Shown: positions 37,712-46,811 of the stretch, in pieces | Position numbering within the stretch: position 1 is the first letter of the stretch | Layout of the letters: each line of letters opens with the position of its first letter | Origin: Eubacteriales bacterium | GTDB taxonomy: Bacteria; Bacillota; Clostridia; Oscillospirales; UBA644 | Length of the DNA: 50,999 bases | Direction: 5' to 3' | Assembly: GCA_045629205.1 (NCBI GenBank) | Contig: JAZQQT010000187.1 | Coordinates: 1-50,999, forward strand | Position numbers and translations under genes: made by a program | The notes under the pieces: generated by a model | Databases searched by the model: none | Told to the model about the DNA's origin: nothing | Seen by the model: the letters and a program-made list of their open reading frames with translations, nothing else

Positions 37712-37993
37712 TCAGGATCCGGTATTGGATGTTTTTGAACCGGAGTGGCCTTTAAAAGTTCTGGTGGGAGCGAACTCACCTAACTTATGACCGACCATAT
37801 CTTCGGTAACATATACTGGAACATGACGTTTACCATCGTGAACGGCGAATGTATGTCCGACGAATTCAGGGAATATTGTTGAAGAGCGCGACCAGGTTTT
37901 GATAACGATTTTCTCGCCGGAAGCGTTCATAGCGGCAACCTTTTTGTAAAGAGATTCTTCTACATAAGGTCCTTTTTTAATACTTCTACTCAT
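37712..37993 (-). CDS. rpsS: 30S ribosomal protein S19
   Basis: [15 protein letters not shown]... Confidence 0.95.
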   Translation of the reverse strand: MSRSIKKGPYVEESLYKKVAAMNASGEKIVIKTWSRSSTIFPEFVGHTFAVHDGKRHVPVYVTEDMVGHKLGEFAPTRTFKGHSGSKTSNTGS

Positions 37994-38008
37994 ATCAGTC
38001 GCACCTCC

Positions 38009-38842
38009 TTATTTACTGTTTCTGCGTTTAACGATAAATTTGTTGGTTCTGTTCTTCTTCTTGCGGGTCTTATATCCGAGAGCGGGTTTGCCCCAAGGAG
38101 TTACAGGACCGGGACGTCCGATAGGAGACTTACCTTCACCACCACCGTGAGGGTGATCGTTCGGGTTCATAACGGAACCTCTTACGGTAGGTCTGATACC
38201 CATGTGACGTTTTCTTCCGGCTTTACCGATTTTGATGTTTTCATAATCGATATTACCAACGTTTCCGATAACGGCTCTGCAGTTGAGACTTACCATACGA
38301 ACTTCGCCGGAAGGAAGTCTGATCTGAGCATATCCGTTTTCTTTTGCCATCAACTGAGCTGCAGCACCTGCGGACCGGGCGATCTGAGCGCCTTTGCCGG
38401 GGTTGATTTCGATATTGTGAATAACAGTACCGACGGGAATGTTTTCGAGGGGGAGACAGTTACCGATTTTGATATCGGAGCCTGCGCCTGCTTCAAGGAC
38501 ATCGCCTACAGAGAGTTTTTCGGGAGCGATAATATATTTCTTTTCACCGTCCGGATACTGAACAAGAGCAATATTGGCGCTTCTGTTGGGGTCGTATTCG
38601 ATGGTCATAACTGTTGCGTCTGCATCGATACGGTTACGTTTGAAATCTACGATTCTGTATTTTCTTCTGTTTCCGCCGCCTTTATGACGAACTGTTATTT
38701 TACCGTAGCTGTTACGGCCGGAATGTTTTTTAAGTGAAGAAAGAAGTGATTTTTCGGGGGTTTTGCTTGTAATCTCTTCAAATGCCGAGACCGACATGCC
38801 TCTTCTGCCCGGAGTGGTCGGTTTATAATTTTTAATAGCCAT
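38009..38842 (-). CDS. rplB: 50S ribosomal protein L2
   Basis: [15 protein letters not shown]...[12 protein letters not shown]. Confidence 0.96.
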   Translation of the reverse strand: MAIKNYKPTTPGRRGMSVSAFEEITSKTPEKSLLSSLKKHSGRNSYGKITVRHKGGGNRRKYRIVDFKRNRIDADATVMTIEYDPNRSANIALVQYPDGEKKYIIAPEKLSVGDVLEAGAGSDIKIGNCLPLENIPVGTVIHNIEINPGKGAQIARSAGAAAQLMAKENGYAQIRLPSGEVRMVSLNCRAVIGNVGNIDYENIKIGKAGRKRHMGIRPTVRGSVMNPNDHPHGGGEGKSPIGRPGPVTPWGKPALGYKTRKKKNRTNKFIVKRRNSK

Positions 38843-38854
38843 AGTCGCACTCCT

Positions 38855-39151
38855 TTACATTAAGTTGTCGAAGAATTCAATTGTCTTGGAGTCGGATGTA
38901 ATGGAAACGATCGCTTTTTTATAGGAAGCGGTTTTGCCGGGTTTGTATCTGACTCTTTTGGTTTTGCCGTCGTAATTCATTATATTGACAGCGGCTACCT
39001 TGACTTTGAAAAGTTCTTCTACTGCGTTTGTGATTTCGATTTTATTGGAATCTTTTGCTACGATGAAGGTGTATTTACGTTCGTTACGGATAAGATCCAT
39101 ACTACGTTCGGTAATTACAGGCTCCAAAATAATATCCTGAGCGAATTTCAT
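38855..39151 (-). CDS. rplW: 50S ribosomal protein L23
   Basis: ATG at 39151 (MKFAQDIILEPVITERS) overlaps the rplD TGA by 1 nt. The track start at 39157 is a TTG. Confidence 0.93.
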   Translation of the reverse strand: MKFAQDIILEPVITERSMDLIRNERKYTFIVAKDSNKIEITNAVEELFKVKVAAVNIMNYDGKTKRVRYKPGKTASYKKAIVSITSDSKTIEFFDNLM

Positions 39152-39771
39152 CAGCAATATACCTCCTCAATCTTCTCAACGGCCGATTTAGTAACGATGA
39201 ACTTGTCATTGTTAATAATGTCGTAAACGTTAAGAGTGTTTACATAGAGGGTTTTAACGGTCGGAATGTTTCTTGCGCTCTGAACAACGTTTTTATCGGG
39301 ACCGGCAAGAACTACGAGAGCCTTTTCGGAAACGTTAAGAGCATTAAGAACGTTAACCATCTGTTTTGTTTTGATCTGTTCAAAAGAAAGAGTATCGAGA
39401 ACTATCATATTGCCTTCTGCAACTTTTGCGGAGAAAGCCGATTTGAATGCCTGTCTCTTTGCTTTTTTGGTCATTGAATATCTGTAACTGCGGGGATGAG
39501 GTCCGAACACGATACCACCGTGTACCCATTGTGGCGCACGACGAGATCCTTGTCTGGCTGAGCCCCTGCCCTTCTGCGGAAACGGTTTTCTTCCGCCACC
39601 TCTTACCATTGTGCGGGTAAGGGTATTGGATGTGCCCTGTCTCTGATTTGCAAGATAATTCTTTACTGCTTCGTGAAGAAGAGCAACGTTGACATCAACG
39701 CCGAAGATGTCGTCTTTTAATTCCATCTTACCGGTTTCCTGGCCGGCCATGTTGAATACTTTAACTTCCAT
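39151..39771 (-). CDS. rplD: 50S ribosomal protein L4
   Basis: Pattern and position. Confidence 0.95.
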   Translation of the reverse strand: MEVKVFNMAGQETGKMELKDDIFGVDVNVALLHEAVKNYLANQRQGTSNTLTRTMVRGGGRKPFPQKGRGSARQGSRRAPQWVHGGIVFGPHPRSYRYSMTKKAKRQAFKSAFSAKVAEGNMIVLDTLSFEQIKTKQMVNVLNALNVSEKALVVLAGPDKNVVQSARNIPTVKTLYVNTLNVYDIINNDKFIVTKSAVEKIEEVYC

Positions 39772-39785
39772 GTTTCTCTTCCTCC

Positions 39786-40412
39786 TTATTTAGATTTAAC
39801 GGCTGTTCTGACAACGATCAAGCCGCCGTTAGGACCGGGGATAGCGCCTTTGATGGCAATCAGATTATTTTCTACGTCAACTTTAACAATGTCGAGGTTC
39901 TGAATCGTAACCTGTTCGCTGCCCATATGACCCGGCATTCCCTTACCTTTCATAACTCTGGAAGGATCGGTGTTAGCGCCCATTGAACCCTGATGTCTGT
40001 GATATCCGGAACCGTGAGCTTTAGGTCCGATATGGAAGCCGTGACGTTTGATGGCGCCCTGGTATCCTTTACCTTTTGAAATACCCGTTACGTCGACTTT
40101 GTCGCCGGCAGCAAAGGTATCAGCTTTAATAATATCGCCTACATTGAGAGCAGAATCAAGATCGAACTCTCTGAGGACTTTTTTATAACCTACGTTAGCC
40201 TTGTTGTAGTGGCCTTTTAAGGGTTTGGTTACAAGTTTTTCCCTTACGTCGTCGAAACCGAGCTGAACAGCTTCGTATCCGTCGTTGTCAACCGTTTTTT
40301 TCTGAGTTACAACACAGGGACCGGCTTCGAGCACTGTTACAGGCACAAGTTTGCCTGCTTCGGTGAAAAGTTGTGTCATTCCGACTTTTCTTCCGATAAT
40401 TCCTTTTTCCAT
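39786..40412 (-). CDS. rplC: 50S ribosomal protein L3
   Basis: [17 protein letters not shown]. Confidence 0.95.
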   Translation of the reverse strand: MEKGIIGRKVGMTQLFTEAGKLVPVTVLEAGPCVVTQKKTVDNDGYEAVQLGFDDVREKLVTKPLKGHYNKANVGYKKVLREFDLDSALNVGDIIKADTFAAGDKVDVTGISKGKGYQGAIKRHGFHIGPKAHGSGYHRHQGSMGANTDPSRVMKGKGMPGHMGSEQVTIQNLDIVKVDVENNLIAIKGAIPGPNGGLIVVRTAVKSK

Positions 40413-40599
40413 TATAAATTCTCCTTTCGGTTATTGGTTGGTTTCCCAACTTGACCGTACTCCTTGCGGAGTATCAGCGCGATTGAACCCGTTTGCTGCA
40501 TTATAATAATATGAGCATTACGGCGGCAGGGCCGGCATCCGTATAATCGCGGGCTGCGGACGACTTATGACGGTCATGGCTTCCCGTCCGTTTGTCAGA
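40413..40599 (-). ncRNA. 187-nt structured intercistronic spacer between rpsJ and rplC (candidate cis-regulatory RNA, unclassified)
   Basis: On the operon (minus) strand there are two adjacent GNRA-tetraloop hairpins: UACUCC-GCAA-GGAGUA (40458-40473) and GUUGG-GAAA-CCAAC (40437-40450). There are also helices CGGACG/CGUCCG (40557-40562 / 40585-40590) and CGCGAUU/AAUCGCG (40478-40484 / 40545-40551). No family recognised. Confidence 0.45.
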
Positions 40600-40908
40600 T
40601 TACAGTTTAACTTCGATTTCCACGCCTGCGGGAAGTTCTACTGACATAAGAGCTTCTACAGTCTTTTTGGTGGGATTGATGATGTCGATTACTCTCTTGT
40701 GAGTTTTGTATTCGAACTGTTCACGAGCGTCTTTATACTTGTGAACTGCTCTTAAAATCGTAATGATTTCTTTATCTGTGGGAAGAGGAATCGGACCTGA
40801 GAATGTAGCATCCATTCTCTTTGCTGTCTCAACGATTTTCTCTGCTGCCTGATCGATAAGGTAGTGATCATAAGATTTTAAGCGGATTCTCATCTTTTCG
40901 TTTGCCAT
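40600..40908 (-). CDS. rpsJ: 30S ribosomal protein S10
   Basis: [26 protein letters not shown]. Confidence 0.95.
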   Translation of the reverse strand: MANEKMRIRLKSYDHYLIDQAAEKIVETAKRMDATFSGPIPLPTDKEIITILRAVHKYKDAREQFEYKTHKRVIDIINPTKKTVEALMSVELPAGVEIEVKL

Positions 40909-41225
40909 TTTGTCGCCTCCTATAAAATTTTGAAGTCCGTTCCGGCGTCTCCGTCAGGGACGGCTCCGAAACTCGGCATTCAGCCGTGACAGGCGATTGA
41001 ATATCCGAACACACCGCCGTGCGTTTCACTTTTTGAACATAATAAATCGGACACTGCTATAGCGTCCGAATCAATACGTCTCCGAGCGGTAAACGCGAGC
41101 GTTTACATCGGTAAAGTTCGGTCTAATCCAATCATGTCGGATTATGCTCCGTTGAAATTCCCCGGCAAGGTTTTCGTCCTTCCGGCAACCTCCAACTTCC
41201 GCGCAATATTTAGCCATGCTTGTCT

Positions 41226-41254
41226 ATTATACTCAAAATCAATAGAAAATGCAA
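41226..41254 (-). promoter_or_regulatory. sigma-A-type promoter of the S10 operon
   Basis: Minus strand reads TTGCAT - 17 nt - TATAAT. Implies a leader of about 310 nt before rpsJ. Confidence 0.55.
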
Positions 41255-41293
41255 TATGTATACCAATTATTTTTATGAACTTTTTATGAACTG

Positions 41294-41327
41294 ATAAAAA
41301 AGCGACGTTTTCCATCATACCGACGCG
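41294..41327 (-). terminator. weak candidate terminator after the 950-aa beta-helix gene
   Basis: GCGUCG...CGUCGC-type stem with one mismatch, followed by UUUUUUA on the minus strand. Confidence 0.35.
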
Positions 41328-41361
41328 GGGATCCGATATGTTATCGCGGTGAAAAATCGGT

Positions 41362-44184
41362 TCAGATAATTTCGGCAACAGTATTTGATTCTGTTTCAAC
41401 ATTCTCACACCTTTGAATCACAATCGCCTGCTCGGGGATCCGACAAAGCAGTTTGTTATTCCGGATCTTAAGTCCTTTTGTCAGGCCCGCGTATATGGCG
41501 CGTTTCGTATCTGAACATGAAATCACATTGTTTTCGATTACGATATTTTCATGAACGGGACGAACCGGATGTTCACCGCCTATATTCACGGCGATTCCGC
41601 CTGCATTGTCGTATCCGCCGAATTCCCACCTTCCGCGGCGGGTCACAATATTGTTCCGGACAATAACATTGGTCGCATGGGTTCCTTCCCGCCATCCGCC
41701 TTCGGCACAAATATGAACGGCGTTAAGCGTATCACAGTCGAAAATACATCCTTCCACCAGAACATTGCTCGTTTTTATCAGCACGCTGCGGGCAAGATGG
41801 TTACGCATCCTGCATCCTGTCATTTCGACCGACGGCTGCTGCGTAAGATTTGCAAACAGATGTTTTTTGCTTGCATAATCCTCTTGCGGAAGATCATGAT
41901 CCACGGTCATTTTATATGTCCAATTCCCGAGATCTTCAATTTCAATCACACGGTAAACATCTTTCGGATAAAGGGTCTCGTCATCGCATATAAATATCTC
42001 GTCACCGGGATCGGGATGATCCGCTTTCTGACTATGTGTTCCGGTGGGCGGAAGAGTTGCGAAGACACATGTGTTTTTATCTGCGGAAAGAATGGTCTGA
42101 TAATAAGTATGGACGTTGGTCGAGTCATCACCCTGTCCTTCAAACAGACAGTTTTCAAAACGTATCGTTCCCTTACATGACGGGAAGTGAGTTGCATCTC
42201 CGTTTGTGCTCATATTTTCACCCGGCGCCGGCACAACCGCAAGACGCCGCATGGTTATATTCTCACTGCGATGCCCGACTATGCCCATTCCGTTGTTGGC
42301 GTGGATCCTGACATCCTCAATCAATACGTCCTTCGACTCCCATATGAGAATTGTCGGACGGTAATGATATGAATGCCAGATATACATTTCATACCCGACG
42401 TAATCTTTCAGATCCCAGTCATGAATGCGTATCGTATTGGGCGCAATCAGTTCTTTTTTTTCACCTCTTCCGTCCCACGAAATAAAGCGCTGGGTTTCGG
42501 GGTCGAAAACCACACATCGTTCCGCCGCCATTTCCGCGGAAATATATTTCTGATCCGGGATAAAGACATCGCCCCAGACGTCATCGCCGAAAAACTCCTT
42601 ATTGCCTGCACGGCCGCCGTCAATGATATATCCGTGACTGAAAGGTCTGCGAACATGATCAAAAGTCAGATTTTTTATAGTGACTCCCTTAGTTTGGTAA
42701 AGAGCCGCAGATTCCATATATCCGTCAACGAGAATACGAGCTCCGTTTCCGTCGAGCGTAACATTTTGAGCTCCGGTAAGATCCAAGCCGATTGAATAGG
42801 GGAAATCACGATGAAACACAATCGGTTCGGGATTAACACCGTATTTCCCCTTAAATGTATCTATAAGCAACCGGTGAGCAAAATCATCCCGAATTATATA
42901 TTCGCGATCTTCAAGAAACAGCGTTGCACCATCAGTCTCGCGCAGCCATTTCATACCCTTACGAAGCAAATCGGTATCGTCTTCCGCGTCAAATGACGTT
43001 ATACTGCGAACCAAAGCATTTTCTTCGTTCTTCGGAGGTTCGGATATCAGCGAACAGTTTTTATACAGAGCCGTTTTTTCTCCGTCAAGAGAAAGAAGCT
43101 CATTTCCGTATGCGGTAACATCGGCGGAAGATATAAAAACACATCCTTCGGTGTCGGGACATATAATAGAATTATGAATCAGCCGGACCTGCCCTCCGTT
43201 ACCGTTTATAACCATTCCGCCGGCACCGAGTTTTGCCTCAAACCTGTATTTACGACCCCTGCGGATAATCCTGTTATGGAGAAATTCAATTTTGCCTGAA
43301 GTATTTCCTTCAAAAAGATACACGGCGGTATCCCGGCAGCCGTCGAACAGACCACCTTCAATATAAATGTTACCTGCGGGAGCCGAAACAGAATGGATAA
43401 AACAGTTTCGTGTATAAAATCCGGTCAATACGATTTGTCCGCAATGTTCCGACGGAACTACGGCCACACCGTTTCCGAGCGCTCCTTCTACGCAGCAATC
43501 GACCAATGTGACATTTTCGGAATCCGAAATTCGTATTCCGTCCGACAAAGAACTCAGATTGCTTCCCGGTTCTGGAATGATACATACACGTATTCCGGTA
43601 ACATTACTGCAGTTATCTATTGTCATTCCGACATCCGGACTCCCGAAAATCATTATATTTTTCAGTTCCGCGCGATCACAGTTTACAAATGAAAGAACCG
43701 AATGTCTCCTTGATTCGGTTTTAACGCATATTCTGTCGCCCAACATAATATTTTCAAAATCGCCGTTAATCCGAACCGAACCGTCGAAGAGCATCTCAGC
43801 AGATTTTACGGCTGATGCATTGATAAAATCGAGAAAACGTTCTTCCTTTCCGAGTATATGAACGGAATTCTTCGGAAACGAAAACAACGAAAGGTCAGGA
43901 TCAAACCTGCGAATCGGACGTATATTAAAGCCATAGGGATCGGATGCAACTACGGAATACTCATGAAAACTCAATTCCGGAAGCTCAAATGCGCAATTCC
44001 GTATGGCAAAATCTTTACAGTTGACAAATTCAAAAGACGAAGGCGCATATGCTTTTCCGTCTCCGTCAATAACTCCGTTCCGAAGACCGTCGAAAACAAT
44101 CCTTACACCCGGATTTACCGCGCATTTGCGCAGTGCTTCTTCGGCTTCTGCAAAATCGTAAACGAAAATTTTATTTATACTCAT
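41362..44184 (-). CDS. large cytoplasmic right-handed beta-helix repeat protein (two beta-helix regions)
   Basis: Long ORF with many NxxIxxN/C-type coil repeats (IRNCAF, VNCDRA, IDNCSN, VDCCVEG, FENCLFEG, VEGCIFD). No signal peptide. Start set at MSINKIF (44184); the ORF is open to 44226. Confidence 0.7.
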   Translation of the reverse strand: MSINKIFVYDFAEAEEALRKCAVNPGVRIVFDGLRNGVIDGDGKAYAPSSFEFVNCKDFAIRNCAFELPELSFHEYSVVASDPYGFNIRPIRRFDPDLSLFSFPKNSVHILGKEERFLDFINASAVKSAEMLFDGSVRINGDFENIMLGDRICVKTESRRHSVLSFVNCDRAELKNIMIFGSPDVGMTIDNCSNVTGIRVCIIPEPGSNLSSLSDGIRISDSENVTLVDCCVEGALGNGVAVVPSEHCGQIVLTGFYTRNCFIHSVSAPAGNIYIEGGLFDGCRDTAVYLFEGNTSGKIEFLHNRIIRRGRKYRFEAKLGAGGMVINGNGGQVRLIHNSIICPDTEGCVFISSADVTAYGNELLSLDGEKTALYKNCSLISEPPKNEENALVRSITSFDAEDDTDLLRKGMKWLRETDGATLFLEDREYIIRDDFAHRLLIDTFKGKYGVNPEPIVFHRDFPYSIGLDLTGAQNVTLDGNGARILVDGYMESAALYQTKGVTIKNLTFDHVRRPFSHGYIIDGGRAGNKEFFGDDVWGDVFIPDQKYISAEMAAERCVVFDPETQRFISWDGRGEKKELIAPNTIRIHDWDLKDYVGYEMYIWHSYHYRPTILIWESKDVLIEDVRIHANNGMGIVGHRSENITMRRLAVVPAPGENMSTNGDATHFPSCKGTIRFENCLFEGQGDDSTNVHTYYQTILSADKNTCVFATLPPTGTHSQKADHPDPGDEIFICDDETLYPKDVYRVIEIEDLGNWTYKMTVDHDLPQEDYASKKHLFANLTQQPSVEMTGCRMRNHLARSVLIKTSNVLVEGCIFDCDTLNAVHICAEGGWREGTHATNVIVRNNIVTRRGRWEFGGYDNAGGIAVNIGGEHPVRPVHENIVIENNVISCSDTKRAIYAGLTKGLKIRNNKLLCRIPEQAIVIQRCENVETESNTVAEII

Positions 44185-44250
44185 ACGCGCATTTAATCCT
44201 TTCTCTGCGAAGCAGCCTGGCAACACATACTGCGTATCAAAGAAAACTGC

Positions 44251-44403
44251 TTATTTCTTGTTTTGACACCGCAAACCGTTTTTGCAGGAAATACAGTCGC
44301 CGTAACAGGTTTTGCCGTATTTTCCGTCTTTGACAATAACAATTACCGCCGCGATGACCGCAACAATGATAAGAGTTATAAGAATCCAATCTCCGAATGA
44401 CAT
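44251..44403 (-). CDS. FeoB-associated Cys-rich membrane peptide
   Basis: 50 aa: MSFGDWILITLIIVAVIAAVIVIVKDGKYGKTCYGDCISCKNGLRCQNKK. The ATG overlaps the feoB TGA by 1 nt. Confidence 0.75.
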   Translation of the reverse strand: MSFGDWILITLIIVAVIAAVIVIVKDGKYGKTCYGDCISCKNGLRCQNKK

Positions 44404-46415
44404 CAGAAAAGTCCTCCGATCGAATATACGGCAAATGAGACTATCCATGCAATCGCGCATTGAAAAATAACAACGCCGATTGCTTTTGAACTTGATTTAA
44501 GTTCATTTTTCACTGTGGCGATTGCCGCTATACACGGTGTATATAATAATGTAAATAATAAAAAGGAGACTGCCGAAAGCACAGAACCGAAAACCGACGC
44601 AAGCTGCGCGGCAAGAGTATCTACGGTCGTAGACGTTAAAACCGCAAGAGTACTTACAACGGATTCTTTTGCTATCAATCCGGAAATAAGCGAAGTAGCG
44701 GCACGCCAATCCCCGAATCCAACGGGTGAAAATACAGGTGCAATTATTTTTCCGATCATTGCCAGAAGGCTCAGAGAGCTGTCGGATGTATAATTCAGTT
44801 TGGCATCAAAAGAGCCGAGGAACCATATAACAACCGTTCCGACAAAAATAACCGTAAAAGCTTTTTTGAGAAAATCTTTTGCCTTTTCCCAAAGAAGAAG
44901 CAAAACGCTCTTTGCCGACGGCAACCTGTAATTCGGAAGTTCCATAATAAACGGAGCCGAATTGCCTTTATAAACCGTCTTATTCAGAATAAGAGCGACA
45001 ATCACTCCCACAAGCAGTCCCGTAACATACAAAGCAGTCATTACAAGAGCCGAATTTCCGTGGAAAAACGCCGCGCTGAAAACTGCGTAAATCGGGATCT
45101 TTGCCGAGCACGACATATAAGGCGTAAGCAAGACCGTCATTTTTCTGTCGCGCTCGCTCGCCAGTGTCCGGGTTGACATTACCGCAGGAACAGTGCAGCC
45201 GAACCCGATAATCATCGGAACGAAACTGCGACCGGATAAACCGATTTTACGCAGAATGCTGTCCATAACGAAAGCGACTCTTGACATATAACCCGTATCT
45301 TCAAGAACAGAAAGAAAGAAAAAGAGAACAACTATAATCGGCAGGAAAGATACAACGCTTCCGACACCGACGAATATCCCGTCTATAATCAAACTGTTTA
45401 CTACCGGATTGATCCCGTAATTTTTCAGGGCAGTGTCAACAAGTCCGGACAACGTATTAATACCCGAAGCCAGTAAATCGGATAACGGCTGACCGATCAA
45501 GCCGAATGTAAGCCAGAAAACAAGCGCCATCACAAGAATAAACAGAGGAATCGCAAGAAATTTATTCGTAAGGACCTTATCAATAATGACGCTGCGCCTG
45601 TGTTCTTTTGATTCCCCGCTTTTGACAACCGTTTGAGAACAAAGTTTTCCTATAAAGGCGTAACGCATATCCGCCAGCGCGGCATTTCTGTCAAGTCCGC
45701 GCTCATCTTCCATTTCGACGATCGAATGTTCTATAAGTTCAAGTTCGTTTTCGGAAAGATTCAAAGCGGCTATAAAATCGGCATCATCGCCTTCGATGAG
45801 TTTCGTTGCCGTATATCTTCTGCTGCATCCGAAATTATCGGCATGGTCTTCTATGACATGACTGACGGCGTGAATACAACGATGGACAGGACCGGGAAGA
45901 CAGAAATCGGTTACTTTGGGCTGCACCTTTTTTCTTGCGGTTTCTTCCGCAACGGTTACAAGCTCCGATATACCCTCGTTTTTTACAGCCGAAATCGCGA
46001 TCACGGGCACACCGATCGTTTCGGACATTTTTTCAACATCAACCGTTCCGTTATTTCCGCGGAGTTCATCAATCATATTAAGAGCTATTACAGTCGGAAC
46101 TCCGAGCTCGAGTATCTGCAACGTAAGATACAGATTGCGCTCTATATTTGTCGCATCAATTATATTTATTATCCCGTCAGGCTTTTCTTTAAGAATAAAA
46201 TCGCGGGTAACTTTTTCTTCAATGGAATACGGTCTAAGAGAATACACACCGGGCAAATCGACAACAGAACAGTCCCTGACGTTTTTTATTTGCCCGATTT
46301 TCTGTTCGACGGTTACGCCCGGGAAATTGCCCACGTGCTGATTTGAACCGGTCAACACATTGAAAAGGGTCGTTTTCCCGCAATTCTGATTACCGACCAA
46401 CGCAAATGTAAGCAT
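44403..46415 (-). CDS. feoB: ferrous iron transporter FeoB
   Basis: N-terminal G-domain LVGNQNCGKTTLFN, DLPGVYSL. C-terminal polytopic permease region. Confidence 0.95.
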   Translation of the reverse strand: MLTFALVGNQNCGKTTLFNVLTGSNQHVGNFPGVTVEQKIGQIKNVRDCSVVDLPGVYSLRPYSIEEKVTRDFILKEKPDGIINIIDATNIERNLYLTLQILELGVPTVIALNMIDELRGNNGTVDVEKMSETIGVPVIAISAVKNEGISELVTVAEETARKKVQPKVTDFCLPGPVHRCIHAVSHVIEDHADNFGCSRRYTATKLIEGDDADFIAALNLSENELELIEHSIVEMEDERGLDRNAALADMRYAFIGKLCSQTVVKSGESKEHRRSVIIDKVLTNKFLAIPLFILVMALVFWLTFGLIGQPLSDLLASGINTLSGLVDTALKNYGINPVVNSLIIDGIFVGVGSVVSFLPIIVVLFFFLSVLEDTGYMSRVAFVMDSILRKIGLSGRSFVPMIIGFGCTVPAVMSTRTLASERDRKMTVLLTPYMSCSAKIPIYAVFSAAFFHGNSALVMTALYVTGLLVGVIVALILNKTVYKGNSAPFIMELPNYRLPSAKSVLLLLWEKAKDFLKKAFTVIFVGTVVIWFLGSFDAKLNYTSDSSLSLLAMIGKIIAPVFSPVGFGDWRAATSLISGLIAKESVVSTLAVLTSTTVDTLAAQLASVFGSVLSAVSFLLFTLLYTPCIAAIATVKNELKSSSKAIGVVIFQCAIAWIVSFAVYSIGGLF

Positions 46416-46660
46416 TATTTTCCGTCCTCCGTTCCGACAATGATGCAGGCCGCATCATCTTTTCGTATGGTCAATTCATATCCTCGCAATTTTATCTGAA
46501 TCGGATCTCCGAGCGGAGCTGTTTTTTCGACTTTGACAGTTGTTCCGGGAATCAATCCCATATCAAGCAATCTGAGTCTTATATTCCCTTCACCGGAAGT
46601 TTGGGAAATAATACCGGAATGACCTATCGGGAGTTTATCAAGAGATGTGACGCTGTTCAT
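46415..46660 (-). CDS. feoA: FeoA-family protein
   Basis: ATG at 46660 after GGAGG. SH3-like FeoA pattern (LRLLDMGLIPGTTVKV...PIQIKLRGYELTIRK). Confidence 0.88.
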   Translation of the reverse strand: MNSVTSLDKLPIGHSGIISQTSGEGNIRLRLLDMGLIPGTTVKVEKTAPLGDPIQIKLRGYELTIRKDDAACIIVGTEDGK

Positions 46661-46670
46661 TTTTCCTCCG

Positions 46671-46686
46671 ATTAGCATATGCTAAT
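46671..46686. promoter_or_regulatory. perfect 16-bp palindrome ATTAGCATATGCTAAT between the TSS and RBS of feoA (candidate metalloregulator operator)
   Basis: Read directly from the sequence. Lies about +7 to +22 relative to the predicted promoter. Confidence 0.5.
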
Positions 46687-46698
46687 TGACTTTGCTGA

Positions 46699-46727
46699 AT
46701 TCTAACATATATATATAATCTTGTCAA
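46699..46727 (-). promoter_or_regulatory. sigma-A-type promoter of the feo operon
   Basis: Minus strand reads TTGACA - 17 nt - TAGAAT. Confidence 0.6.
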
Positions 46728-46811
46728 TAAGTCCGAAATCCGATTTGGAAAAATGTCAAAATTCATCACAAAAAAAGGGCTTCCCGAAGGAAGCCCGAAA
46801 TTAATATTTGC

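Noticed and set aside
40478-40495. tRNA-like T-loop sequence GGGTTCAATC in the rpsJ-rplC spacer.
   Set aside because: The flanking bases do not form a T-stem, and no acceptor, D or anticodon arms can be drawn, so it is not a tRNA.
41142-41408. 88-aa ORF in the region upstream of rpsJ.
   Set aside because: It spans the predicted S10 promoter and the end of the beta-helix gene. It has no RBS and no family resemblance. The region is better explained as promoter plus leader.
46671-46686. Classical Fur box assignment for the feoA palindrome.
   Set aside because: The sequence does not match the GATAATGATAATCATTATC or 7-1-7 TGATAAT consensus, so the regulator identity is left open.
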